Assembly: GCA_039815865.1 (NCBI GenBank)
Contig: JBCBYM010000001.1
Location: 3,933-67,932, forward strand
Source of the DNA: Pseudomonadota bacterium
GTDB lineage: Bacteria; Pseudomonadota; Alphaproteobacteria; Sphingomonadales; Sphingomonadaceae
Reading direction: 5' to 3'
Length of the DNA stretch: 64,000 nucleotides
In this document: positions 10,191 through 19,933 of the stretch, piece by piece
Numbering within the stretch: the stretch's first letter is position 1
Layout: the number at the start of each line of letters is the position of its first letter
The notes under the pieces: model-generated
What the model was told of the DNA's origin: nothing
Databases searched by the model: none
Seen by the model: only the letters and a program-made list of their open reading frames with translations
Position numbers and translations under genes: made by a program

Positions 10191-13016
10191 GTGAGCGCGC
10201 CAGTCTCTCACCGCGCCTCTCCCCGCGCCTCTCCTGGTGCCTCGCCCGGCTCCTCTCCTCGCCGCCTTCCCCGCCAGCGCGCGATCTTTGACCGCCGCAC
10301 AATCGCTGAGACGATTGTGAAACTCGTCGAAGCGCATGGCGACAACGCGCGCCCGCTGATCGTCAACACGCTGCGCAACGCGCTCGAAAAGGGGCGCGGC
10401 GAGCTGGCTCAGCGGCTGGCCGACAAGCCGTCAGCCGGGCATGAGTGCACCGCTGGCCACGCCTTCCTGACCGATCAGCTTCTGCGCGTGATCTACGATC
10501 ATGTGACCGCGCATATCTACCCGGCGCCCAACCGCACCTCGGCCGAGCGTCTCGCGCTGCTGGCGGTGGGCGGATACGGGCGCTCGGAGATGGCGCCCCA
10601 TTCGGATATCGACATCGCCTTCATCACGCCGATGCGCCGCGCGCCGTGGTGCGAGCAGGTGATCGAGGCGATGCTCTATCTGCTGTGGGATCTGGGCCTC
10701 AAGGTTGGCCATTCGAGCCGCACCGTGGGCGACACGATCCGCATGGCCAAGGACGATTTGACGATCCGCACCGCTTTGCTCGAAGCGCGGCTCGTCTGGG
10801 GCGATCAGGCGATTTACGACGAAGCCCGCGCACGGTTCTGGCGCGACGTCGTGAAAGGAAGCGAGCGCGATTTCCTAAACCAGAAGCTCGCCGAACGCAG
10901 CCAGCGGCACGAACGTATGGGAGACAGCCGCTATGTGGTCGAACCCAATGTGAAAGAGGGCAAAGGCGGCTTGCGCGATCTCCAAACGCTGTACTGGATC
11001 GGCAAGTATATTCACAGCACTGAAACCGCTGGCGAATTGGTTGGCGTGGGCCTTTTGACCAAGGCGGAGTATCGCAGCTTTCGCCGCGCGGAAGGGTTCT
11101 TGCTCGCCGTACGGTGCCATATGCACGAGCTTGCGGCGCGCGCCGAGGACCGCCTCACCTTTGATCTGCAACGCCTGATTGCCGAACGCATGAACTTCGC
11201 CGATCGCCCCGGAAAGAGCGCGGTCGAACGCTTCATGCAGTTCTATTTCCTTCAGGCCAAACGGGTTGGCAATCTCACCGGCGTGTTCCTGGCCGCGCTG
11301 GAGGAAGAGTTTCGCAAGACCCGTCGGCAAAGCGTGTTCTTCCGCAGCCGCTCCACCCCGGCGCGTGAACTTTCGGGCTTTCTCATATCCGACGGGACCA
11401 TACGCGCGCCGGGTGATGACTGGTTTGCCCTCGATCCGGTGCGCCTTATCGAAGTCTTCCAGATTGCCGAAGCCGAGGGGCTGGAGGTTCACCCGCAAAC
11501 CATGCGTTTGGTTGATCGCGACGCCAAGCTCATCGACAAGAAGATGCGCAGCGACCCGCGCGCGAATGCGCTGTTCCTCGATGTGCTGTGCGGCGAGCGC
11601 GATCCCGAAACCGCGCTGCGCGCTATGAATGAAGGCGGCGTGTTCGGCCGCTTCGTGCCCGATTTCGGCCGGGTCAACGCGCAGATGCAGTTTGACATGT
11701 ACCACCACTACACGGTCGATGAGCACACGATCCGCGCCATTGGCCTAACCAGCCAGATTGAGCGCGGCCTGCTGGAAGAGGATCACCCGCGCGCAACGCA
11801 GCAGATCCACAAGCTGTCCTCGCGCCGGGTGCTGTTTGTCGCGGTGCTTTTGCACGATATCGCCAAGGGGCGAGGCGGCGATCATTCGGTGCTGGGCGCG
11901 GGGGTCGCGCGGCGACTGTGCCCGCGCTTTGGCCTCGATGAGCGCGAGACTGAGCTTGTTGCCTGGCTGGTGCTCGAACACTTGCTTATGAGCCGCACCG
12001 CCCAAAAGCGCGATCTCACTGACCCCAAGACTATCGATGATTTTGTCGCGCAGGTGCAATCGATCGATCGCCTGCGGTTCCTCGCCATTCTGACCGCGGT
12101 GGATATCCGCGCCGTGGGGCCGGGTGTGTGGAACAGCTGGAAGGGCCAGCTTTTGGGCGAGCTCTATGACGCCGCGCAAGAACGGCTGCGCCTTGGGCAC
12201 AAGCGCCGCGGGCGCAAGGAACGCGTCGAGGCCAAGCGCGAGGCCGTCCGCGCCGCGCTCCACGACAAGGCCGAGCTCGTCGACAGGGTCGGCGCGCTGA
12301 TGAGCGATGCCTACTGGATCGCCGAACCCGAGGACATCATTGCGCGCAACCTTGCCCAATACGAAGACGCGCAGCGCATCGATGACCGCTTGTCGATTGA
12401 CTGCTTTGTCGATGAAGAGCGCGGCGCGACCTGCGTCAGCGTCATCGCGCAGGATCATCCGGGCCTGTTCTATCGCATCGCCGGCGGCATTCACCTGGCT
12501 GGCGCCCACATCATTGATGCGCGCATTCACACCGCGAGCAACGGCACCGCGTTTGACAACTTCCTTGTCCAGGATCGACATCGCCAGCCTTTTAGCGAGA
12601 CGGCTCAGATCGACCGGCTCAAGAAGGGCATTCGGGATGCCTTGATGGCGAATGTCGAACTGGTCCAGAAACTGGCTGCGCGGCCTTTGGGCCTGTCGCG
12701 CAGCAAGGCGTTCAAGGTGGCGCCCAGCGTGACCTTCGACAACCACGCCTCCAACCGTTTCACCGTGATCGAAGTCTCTGCCCGCGATCGTCCCGCTTTG
12801 CTGAACCGGTTGGCTTACTCGCTCTACACCGCCAATCTGATCGTGCATTCCGCGCATGTTACCGCTTATGGCGAAAGCGCGGCTGACACGTTCTATGTGA
12901 CCGATCCCATAGGCACGAAAATCGAAAATTCGCAAAGACTGGCCGAGATTAGGGGAAGCCTCCTAGCGGCCGCTAGCGATCACCGCCAGAAGCAGCTGGA
13001 AGCCTCTGCCGGTTAA
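10191..13016 (+). CDS. glnD: [protein-PII] uridylyltransferase/uridylyl-removing enzyme
   Basis: AVGGYGR..APHSDID nucleotidyltransferase motif, EPNVKEGKGGLRD, QFDMYHHYTVDEH, LLHDIAKG (HD), two C-terminal ACT domains. GTG at 10191 follows a GGAGAGG SD. Confidence 0.95.
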   Translation: MSAPVSHRASPRASPGASPGSSPRRLPRQRAIFDRRTIAETIVKLVEAHGDNARPLIVNTLRNALEKGRGELAQRLADKPSAGHECTAGHAFLTDQLLRVIYDHVTAHIYPAPNRTSAERLALLAVGGYGRSEMAPHSDIDIAFITPMRRAPWCEQVIEAMLYLLWDLGLKVGHSSRTVGDTIRMAKDDLTIRTALLEARLVWGDQAIYDEARARFWRDVVKGSERDFLNQKLAERSQRHERMGDSRYVVEPNVKEGKGGLRDLQTLYWIGKYIHSTETAGELVGVGLLTKAEYRSFRRAEGFLLAVRCHMHELAARAEDRLTFDLQRLIAERMNFADRPGKSAVERFMQFYFLQAKRVGNLTGVFLAALEEEFRKTRRQSVFFRSRSTPARELSGFLISDGTIRAPGDDWFALDPVRLIEVFQIAEAEGLEVHPQTMRLVDRDAKLIDKKMRSDPRANALFLDVLCGERDPETALRAMNEGGVFGRFVPDFGRVNAQMQFDMYHHYTVDEHTIRAIGLTSQIERGLLEEDHPRATQQIHKLSSRRVLFVAVLLHDIAKGRGGDHSVLGAGVARRLCPRFGLDERETELVAWLVLEHLLMSRTAQKRDLTDPKTIDDFVAQVQSIDRLRFLAILTAVDIRAVGPGVWNSWKGQLLGELYDAAQERLRLGHKRRGRKERVEAKREAVRAALHDKAELVDRVGALMSDAYWIAEPEDIIARNLAQYEDAQRIDDRLSIDCFVDEERGATCVSVIAQDHPGLFYRIAGGIHLAGAHIIDARIHTASNGTAFDNFLVQDRHRQPFSETAQIDRLKKGIRDALMANVELVQKLAARPLGLSRSKAFKVAPSVTFDNHASNRFTVIEVSARDRPALLNRLAYSLYTANLIVHSAHVTAYGESAADTFYVTDPIGTKIENSQRLAEIRGSLLAAASDHRQKQLEASAG
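10206..10265 (+). repeat. five degenerate 12-bp repeats at the glnD 5' end (SHRA SPRA SPGA SPGS SPRR)
   Basis: tctcaccgcgcc tctccccgcgcc tctcctggtgcc tcgcccggctcc tctcctcgccgc. Confidence 0.75.
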
Positions 13017-13112
13017 CCGGGTAAAGCCTTGGTTAATCTGCGACCAAATTTCGGTTGCAATTGTGTGACCTAACGGTATCCCGCTCTCCGGTTTTGTCTA
13101 GGAGAGGACACC

Positions 13113-15440
13113 ATGAAAGCTAGTACCCCCGTGCGGCGCGCTCTCGCGCTGCTTGCATCCACTTGCGCGTTTGCCGCCATCGCCACCCCGGGCGTAGCGC
13201 TGGCTCAAGAAAACGATGCAGAGGAAAACACTCAGGAAGAACGCCAGAGCGCGCTTGACTCAGTGAACCGCATTATCGTGACCGGCACGAAAACCCAGAA
13301 CGCAGAAGACGTTCAGGACGTGCCCCTCGCGGTTACTGCGTTCAACGCCGACACCCTGGAAGCGTTCAAGGTTCGCGATATTCAGGGCCTGGGTTTCCAG
13401 GCGCCGAACGTCAGCCTCGACCAGATTGGCACAACCCGCGGCCAGGCGAACTTCTCGATCCGTGGCCTGGGTATCAACTCGTCCATCCCCTCGATTGACC
13501 CCACGGTCGGCGTGTTTGTTGACGGCGTTTACCTCGGCATTAACGGCGGTGTTGTGTTCGACATCTTCGACGTGGAAAGCGTCGAAATCCTGCGCGGTCC
13601 GCAAGGCGTGCTGTTTGGCCGCAACGTGACCGGCGGCGCTGTCGTCCTCAACACCACCAGCCCCACCGATGACTTTACCGGCAAGTTCCGCGCGGCTGTC
13701 GATGGCCCGGTGGATTCCGGCCGTGGCGGCGCCAACTACACCGTCAGCGGTGTCGTGTCCGGCCCGCTTATCGAAGACAAGCTGCTCTTCAAGGTCGGCG
13801 GCTATTACAACAGCGACGAAGGCTATTTCGAGAACCAGTTCGATGGTGAGAATTTCGGCGCAGCGGAAACCACCATTCTTCGCGGCGCCCTCGAAGGCCG
13901 CTTCGGCAACCTAACGCTGACAGGTAAGGTCGACTACTTTGACAGCGATGGCGATGGCCCGGCGGGTCAAAACCGTGGCCAGTTCTCGCGCGAGAGCTTT
14001 GACTTCGCCGTCGACAATGTCGGCTTCTACGAAACCGAAATCCTGACCACCTCGCTGACGGCAGAGTGGGATATTGGCCCGGGTACGCTCACCAATATCT
14101 TCGGCTATCGTGATTACGAGGCAGCGACTGACGCGGATATCGACGCCACCACGGCCTTCCTGTTCCACTCGAGCACCGAAACCGCGCAGGATCAGATCTC
14201 GAACGAAATCCGCTACGCGGTGTCGACCGACACGTTCGACATCACGGTTGGCGGTTTCTACTTTGACCAGTCGCTCGCCTACACTGAAGTTCGCGATCTG
14301 CCCTTCACCGGCGCGCCGACTTTCTATGGCGGCGGCCGTCAGGATCACCAGGTCCTCGGCCTGTTCGCGAACGGTCAGTTCTATGTCACCGATGCGCTCT
14401 CGATCATCGCCGGCATCCGCTGGAGCGAAGAGACCAAGGACGCAGCGATCACCTATATCTCACCGCGCGCTGAGTGTTCGGTGGTTGACGAAACCTGCCC
14501 GACCGGCACCCAGCCGTTTACGCCGGGCTCGGAAACCGACGGTTTCGAAGACGAGGTGACCTTCACCAACGTCTCGCCCAAGCTGGGCCTCCAGTACGAG
14601 TTCGCCTCCAGCCAGCTCTACACCCACTGGACCCGCGGCTTCCGTTCGGGAGGCTACAACTTCCGCATCACCAGCGTGAGCGGGTTTGAGTCCGCGGTTG
14701 CTCAGAATGGTGGCGATCTGTTCTTCAACGAAGAGCAAGTCGACAACTTCGAAATCGGCGGGAAATTCCAGACCGATGACGGTGTCTTCACGCTGAACGT
14801 TGCGGCCTATGTCACCAAGATCCAGGACATGCAGCGCGAAGTGAACGTCGCCGATCCGGGCGCGGGTGTCGTGCAGAACATCCTCAACACCGCCGATGCC
14901 ACGATTACCGGCTTTGAGGCTGAGGGTCGCCTGCGGGCCACCGACAGCCTGATCCTGACAGCCAATGTTGGTATTATCGATGCATCCTACGACGAGATTC
15001 AGTTCGACATTTCCGGCGACGGCGTGATCGATCAGACGGATCTCGACCTTAGCATTCCGCGTGTGCCCGAAGCGACCTTTGGCTTCGGTTTCCTGCACGA
15101 ATGGCTGATTGGCGGGGACAACGAGATCCTGACCCGCGTCAACTACCAGTGGCGTGACGAGTTCGCATTCACCGATGACAACCTCGGCTTCATTCAGGAC
15201 ATCAGCAACCTCGAAGCCAACATCACCTGGGTCACGCCCATCGATGGCTTCTCGCTCTCGGTGTACGGGCGCAACCTGTTTGACGAAGTGCAGGCCGGTG
15301 GCGACACGCAGCTGTCGTTCACCCCTGGCGCGCTGTCGAACGGTGTGAATCAGCCGTTCGATCCGAACCCGGCCGCTGGTACGTTCTCGCCGCTTTCGCG
15401 CGGCCGCAACGTCGGTCTGGAAGCGGTCTTCGAATTCTGA
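13113..15440 (+). CDS. TonB-dependent receptor
   Basis: Signal peptide, TonB box IIVTGTK, plug motifs (IRGLG, VEILRGPQGVLFGRN), C-terminal Phe (AVFEF). Confidence 0.93.
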   Translation: MKASTPVRRALALLASTCAFAAIATPGVALAQENDAEENTQEERQSALDSVNRIIVTGTKTQNAEDVQDVPLAVTAFNADTLEAFKVRDIQGLGFQAPNVSLDQIGTTRGQANFSIRGLGINSSIPSIDPTVGVFVDGVYLGINGGVVFDIFDVESVEILRGPQGVLFGRNVTGGAVVLNTTSPTDDFTGKFRAAVDGPVDSGRGGANYTVSGVVSGPLIEDKLLFKVGGYYNSDEGYFENQFDGENFGAAETTILRGALEGRFGNLTLTGKVDYFDSDGDGPAGQNRGQFSRESFDFAVDNVGFYETEILTTSLTAEWDIGPGTLTNIFGYRDYEAATDADIDATTAFLFHSSTETAQDQISNEIRYAVSTDTFDITVGGFYFDQSLAYTEVRDLPFTGAPTFYGGGRQDHQVLGLFANGQFYVTDALSIIAGIRWSEETKDAAITYISPRAECSVVDETCPTGTQPFTPGSETDGFEDEVTFTNVSPKLGLQYEFASSQLYTHWTRGFRSGGYNFRITSVSGFESAVAQNGGDLFFNEEQVDNFEIGGKFQTDDGVFTLNVAAYVTKIQDMQREVNVADPGAGVVQNILNTADATITGFEAEGRLRATDSLILTANVGIIDASYDEIQFDISGDGVIDQTDLDLSIPRVPEATFGFGFLHEWLIGGDNEILTRVNYQWRDEFAFTDDNLGFIQDISNLEANITWVTPIDGFSLSVYGRNLFDEVQAGGDTQLSFTPGALSNGVNQPFDPNPAAGTFSPLSRGRNVGLEAVFEF

Positions 15441-15466
15441 TCGACGCCGATCGGTCGAAAGACAAA

Positions 15467-15498
15467 GAGGGGCGCTCCGGCAACGGGGCGCCCTTTTT
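15467..15498 (+). terminator. Rho-independent terminator
   Basis: GGGGCGCTCCG-GCAA-CGGGGCGCCC followed by a T-run, just after the TBDR stop. Confidence 0.85.
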
Positions 15499-15532
15499 CG
15501 TTGCGCGCTGTCTTGCGCAGGATTGGGGCGCT

Positions 15533-16006
15533 TCAGGGCTTAGCGGCCAGCACCAGCACCGCGATGGAGCGCGCATCCATACCGACAAAACTCCATTCAT
15601 CGCTCGCGCCGGAGATCGGGTACCAAAGACCGTTCAGATGGTTGCTGAGGATGGTCCGCTCGCTCGTATCGAACAGCGAAAGGAATTGGTCGGCGCAGTC
15701 CAGCGCCCGGTCTTCTCCCAGCCATACGAGCGCGGGGCGGATCATGTCCTTCGACACAGCTTCCGCCATCGTCGCTCTTGCAGAGCGCGGAGCGGCCATG
15801 TCGCTGCTCGGATCAAGCATCTCCCAATTGAAGCCGATGGGCTGAAACCCAAAGGCTTGCACAAACGCGTCCGCCTTGGCCGCCGGTGTCAGCGGCTCTT
15901 GCGGCAGCGCTCCGGCCTCAAAACGCACCAAAGCGCGCTCTTCGAGAGCGGCGCGCCACGTCTCGATAAAGCCCTTGAAGGCCCCGCTTGCCGAAGAACC
16001 CTGCAC
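15533..16006 (-). CDS. hypothetical protein
   Basis: 157-aa ORF 2 nt downstream of yggS on the same strand, with normal composition. Confidence 0.65.
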   Translation of the reverse strand: MQGSSASGAFKGFIETWRAALEERALVRFEAGALPQEPLTPAAKADAFVQAFGFQPIGFNWEMLDPSSDMAAPRSARATMAEAVSKDMIRPALVWLGEDRALDCADQFLSLFDTSERTILSNHLNGLWYPISGASDEWSFVGMDARSIAVLVLAAKP

Positions 16007-16008
16007 CG

Positions 16009-16686
16009 TCAGCCGCGCGCGCCGAACAGGGCCGTGCCCACCCGGATATGCGTCGCGCCCAGTTGCACCGCCGTTGGGTAGTCGCCGCTCATCCCCATCG
16101 AGAGGCCATCAAGACCGTTGTCGTCGGCGAGCTTGGCAAGCAGCGCAAAGAACGGCGCAGGCTCGATCCCGGCAGGCGGCAGGCACATCAGGCCCGCGAC
16201 GGGAATGCCGGCCCCGCGCACCTGCGCCAGAAAATCCGGAAGCTCCCCGATCGCGCAGCCGCCCTTTTGCGTTTCATCGCCAATATTGACCTGAACAAAG
16301 CAGGGGACCCGTTTGCCGAGCTTGTCCATCGCCTTGGCCAGCGATTTCAGGAGGCTTGGCCGGTCCAGCGTATGGATCACGTCGAACAGGGCCACCGCGT
16401 CCTCGGCCTTGTTGGACTGCAATTGGCCGATGAGGTGGAGCTCAGTGTCGGGAAAGTGCTCGAGCAATTCGGGCCACTTGCCCTGCGCTTCCTGAACTCG
16501 GTTTTCGCCAAAGGCGCGGTGGCCGATCTCAAGCAGCGGCGTGATCCGCTCAGGCGGATGCGTCTTGCTGACCGCGATCAGCGTGATCTCATCGCGCTCG
16601 CGTCGAGCGGGTTTGAGCGCTTTGGCGATGTTCTCTTCAACAGCGGCAAGGCGGTCTTCGGGGTTGGAGGCTGCACTTTCAGTCAT
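16009..16686 (-). CDS. yggS: YggS/PLPBP pyridoxal phosphate homeostasis protein
   Basis: LIAVSKTH, FGENRVQE, HLIGQLQSNK, GLMCLPP, LSMGMSGD, IRVGTALFG. Confidence 0.95.
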   Translation of the reverse strand: MTESAASNPEDRLAAVEENIAKALKPARRERDEITLIAVSKTHPPERITPLLEIGHRAFGENRVQEAQGKWPELLEHFPDTELHLIGQLQSNKAEDAVALFDVIHTLDRPSLLKSLAKAMDKLGKRVPCFVQVNIGDETQKGGCAIGELPDFLAQVRGAGIPVAGLMCLPPAGIEPAPFFALLAKLADDNGLDGLSMGMSGDYPTAVQLGATHIRVGTALFGARG

Positions 16687-16706
16687 GCGCGCGCTATAGC
16701 GACCGG

Positions 16707-17330
16707 GTGGCGCAAAACCAGACCCTCCCCTTGCTGTGGCTGATCTCGGATGAGCGCAATGACGCTGGGTTGGAGGCGGCTCTGAAGCGGCTGCCGCGCG
16801 GAAGTGGGTTTATCTACCGCCACTATCACCTGCCCGATCCGGATCGCTACGAACGGTTCTGGACGCTGCGCCGGATTGCCAAGGCCAAGGGGCACACTGT
16901 GATCCTTGCTGACAGCGCTTTGACGGCAAGCGATTGGGGCGCGGATGGCGTCTATGGCGCACCGCTTTCGCTGTGGCCACGGCGCACGGGCCTGATCCAG
17001 CTTGCCACCGCTCACAATCCGCGCGAAATCGCCTTGGCGCAGCGCAAGCGCGCGGATGCGGTGCTTCTCTCACCAGTCTTTGCCACCCGCTCGCATCCCG
17101 GCGCACCGGCGCTTGGACCTGTCCGGTTTCGCCATCTAGTCCGGTTGGCGCGCGTCCCCGTGATCGCGCTTGGTGGCATGACATCGGCAGGCGCCAGACG
17201 GCTGAATTGGCCGCGTTGGGCAGGGATTGATGGCCTGAGCCGAAAGGAGCGCCAAGGGCTCACCCATATCTCCGCTCACCGCAGCGCGCTTGACCGGAGT
17301 AGCCCGAGGATTCATGATGTGTTCTCCTAA
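16707..17330 (+). CDS. thiamine phosphate synthase-like (ThiE/TenI superfamily) protein
   Basis: WLISDER, ATAHNPRE, LLSPVFATRSHPG, VIALGGM. Confidence 0.75.
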   Translation: MAQNQTLPLLWLISDERNDAGLEAALKRLPRGSGFIYRHYHLPDPDRYERFWTLRRIAKAKGHTVILADSALTASDWGADGVYGAPLSLWPRRTGLIQLATAHNPREIALAQRKRADAVLLSPVFATRSHPGAPALGPVRFRHLVRLARVPVIALGGMTSAGARRLNWPRWAGIDGLSRKERQGLTHISAHRSALDRSSPRIHDVFS

Positions 17331-17341
17331 AGGAGGATCCC

Positions 17342-19759
17342 ATGGCCAGCCGCGCTGTTACCACTCGCCAAGCAGGCAAAAGACCGCCCACCGCGGACTG
17401 GCGCGCAGGACTGCGCCGATCGATCCGCCGCGCCTCGCAGATGGCGGGCGCCGGCGCTTTGCTGCTGGCTCTGTTTTTCCTTGCGCTCGCGCTGGTGAGC
17501 TACACCCACACCGACCCCAGCCTTTCGACCGCGGCCAGCGGCGATCAGATCGGCAATTGGATGGGCCTGGCGGGCGCTTGGGTGGCGGACGCGGTGCTGC
17601 TCGCCTTTGGTGTGCCGAGCCTTCTCTTGCTCCCATTGCTTTACGTCTCGGCGCGCAAGCTGTGGCGCAATATCGAACGCGACGACAAAGAGAGCGCTGT
17701 CCTCGAAAAGACGCGCTGGTGGCGGCCGCTTGCGATGCTTTTGGCGGCGATGGTGCTCTTCTCCAGCGTGCTGGCGCTGGCTCTGCCCTCGCCCGGCGGC
17801 ACTTTGCCCGCACAGCTTGGCGGTCTGTCTGGCCTGATGGGCGCCGGCGCCATCGAAGCGATTGCGGTTCGGATCGCCGGAGAGGCCGCGGGCTGGGTTA
17901 TCCTTGGCACCGCTGTGGTATGCTTGGCGGGCGCGGTGGCGCTCCTCACCCGCGTGTTTGCGATCGACTGGCGCGCGCTTTTGACGCTGCCCGATTTTCT
18001 GGTGCGCGGAGCGGCTTTGGGCGGTCTCTTCAAACGTTTGCCCTTCCTTGGTTCAGGCCCCGAGCGCGCGCCCTCGCCCTTCCTTGAAGAACCGCAAGAC
18101 AAGCCCGCCAAGCGAGAGCCCGAGCCCGAACCGCGCCGCGCTCCGGTCAGCGAAGAGGCGCCGCGCCGCCCTCCGGAAATCTCAGACCCCAGCGCCCCCC
18201 CGCGCCGGGCCGCACCCGCCAAGTCCAACCAGCGCGATATGTTTGCCGCCTTCGATCTGCCCAATCTCGATCTCCTGGCCGAGCCGCCCAAAGACTCCGG
18301 CCCCACGCTCGACAAAATGGCGTTGGAGCGCAACGCGCGTCTGCTTGAAAACGTGCTCGACGATTTCAACGTCAAGGGTGAAATCACCGCCGTGCGCACC
18401 GGGCCCGTTGTGACGATGTACGAGCTCGAACCCGCGCCCGGCATCAAAGCCAGCCGCGTCGTAGGCCTCGCAGAGGACATTGCCCGCAATATGAGCGCGA
18501 TCAGCGCGCGCGTGTCGACCATTCCAGGCAAGACCGTGATCGGTATCGAACTGCCCAACGCCGATCGGCAGATGGTCATGCTCAAGGAATTGGCCGCCAG
18601 CGCGGACTTCGCCGAGCACCGGGGCAATCTGCCGATCATCCTTGGCAAGGATATAGCCGGCGAACCGATCATCGCCGACCTTGCGGCCATGCCGCACTTG
18701 CTGGTGGCAGGGACAACCGGATCGGGCAAATCGGTGGGGCTCAACTGCATCCTGTTGAGCCTGCTCTACACCTTCACCCCGTCGCAGTGCCGCCTGATCC
18801 TGATCGATCCCAAGGTGCTTGAGCTCAAAAGCTATGACGAGATCCCGCATCTGCTCTCCCCCGTCGTTACCGAGCCGCACAAAAGCGTGCGCGCCTTGAA
18901 ATGGGCGGTCGAGGAGATGGAGAACCGCTACCGGATGATGAGCTCGGTCAATTCGCGCAACATCAATTCGTTCAACGAGAAGGTCCGCGCGGCGGCGGCC
19001 AAGGGCAAACCGCTGGGGCGCCGGGTTCAAACGGGGTTCGATCCCGAAACCGGCGAGCAGCTGTTTGAAGAGGAACAGCTCGACTATGAACCGCTGCCTC
19101 TGATCGTGCTAATCGTCGATGAGCTCGCGGACCTCATGGTGACGGTGGGCAAGGAGATCGAGGTTCTGATCCAACGCCTCAGCCAAAAGAGCCGGGCGGC
19201 GGGTATTCACCTCATTATGGCCACGCAGCGCCCGTCGGTCGATGTCATCACCGGCGTTATCAAAGCCAACCTTCCCACTCGCATCAGCTTCAAGGTGACG
19301 AGCCGGATCGATAGCCGCACGATCCTGGGCGAACAGGGCGCGGAACAGCTGCTGGGCAAGGGCGACATGCTCTATAAGCCCAACACCGGCGCCATGGTGC
19401 GCGTCCACGGGCCGTTTGTTTCGGATGAAGAGGTCGAAGCGGTCGCCGATTTCTGGCGCGCCCAGGGCGAGCCGGAATATGTCGACGCGGTCACCGAAGA
19501 ACCCGAAGATGGCGGCCTCACCTTTGAGGATGACGTCACCGCCAGCGATAATCCCGAAGAGCGCAAGTATCGCCAGGCCTGCCAGATCGTGATCGAAAAT
19601 CAGAAGGCGTCGGGCTCGTGGCTCCAGCGCCAGATGGGCGTGGGTTACAACACCGCCGCCAAATGGATCGAGCGGATGGAAAGCGAAGGCCTAGTGGGGC
19701 CGGCGAACCATGTTGGCCGTCGCGAGATCTTCCGCGATCGCGACGGCAATCCGATCTGA
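17342..19759 (+). CDS. ftsK: DNA translocase FtsK
   Basis: N-terminal 4TM region, GPVVTMYELEPAPGIK, Walker A GTTGSGKS, IVDELADLM, ATQRPSVDVITG, gamma domain GYNTAAKWIE. Confidence 0.96.
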   Translation: MASRAVTTRQAGKRPPTADWRAGLRRSIRRASQMAGAGALLLALFFLALALVSYTHTDPSLSTAASGDQIGNWMGLAGAWVADAVLLAFGVPSLLLLPLLYVSARKLWRNIERDDKESAVLEKTRWWRPLAMLLAAMVLFSSVLALALPSPGGTLPAQLGGLSGLMGAGAIEAIAVRIAGEAAGWVILGTAVVCLAGAVALLTRVFAIDWRALLTLPDFLVRGAALGGLFKRLPFLGSGPERAPSPFLEEPQDKPAKREPEPEPRRAPVSEEAPRRPPEISDPSAPPRRAAPAKSNQRDMFAAFDLPNLDLLAEPPKDSGPTLDKMALERNARLLENVLDDFNVKGEITAVRTGPVVTMYELEPAPGIKASRVVGLAEDIARNMSAISARVSTIPGKTVIGIELPNADRQMVMLKELAASADFAEHRGNLPIILGKDIAGEPIIADLAAMPHLLVAGTTGSGKSVGLNCILLSLLYTFTPSQCRLILIDPKVLELKSYDEIPHLLSPVVTEPHKSVRALKWAVEEMENRYRMMSSVNSRNINSFNEKVRAAAAKGKPLGRRVQTGFDPETGEQLFEEEQLDYEPLPLIVLIVDELADLMVTVGKEIEVLIQRLSQKSRAAGIHLIMATQRPSVDVITGVIKANLPTRISFKVTSRIDSRTILGEQGAEQLLGKGDMLYKPNTGAMVRVHGPFVSDEEVEAVADFWRAQGEPEYVDAVTEEPEDGGLTFEDDVTASDNPEERKYRQACQIVIENQKASGSWLQRQMGVGYNTAAKWIERMESEGLVGPANHVGRREIFRDRDGNPI

Positions 19760-19933
19760 TCAAACGCGGAAGCGTGCAGCAAGAGAGCGAGGCCTCAGGC
19801 TGCACTGGTGCAAGGCTGCAACGCCATACAATTGTAAAGCGAGCGTAGCGTGGGCGTCATTTCGCAGTCGCAGCATCGTCACGATTGAGTGCCACGGGTC
19901 TAGCCCTCTCTCCACCTGCAAGGACCCCATCCA

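Noticed and set aside
13009-13036. CtrA boxes near glnD/TBDR (also near 48480 and 58058)
   Set aside because: TTAA halves are present but never at the TTAA-N7-TTAA spacing.
19801-19836. sigma54 or NtrC site upstream of the second TBDR (TGCACTGGTGCA, TACAATTGTA)
   Set aside because: GG-to-GC spacing is 9 nt rather than 10, and the NtrC arm spacing is wrong. The short palindromes alone are not diagnostic.
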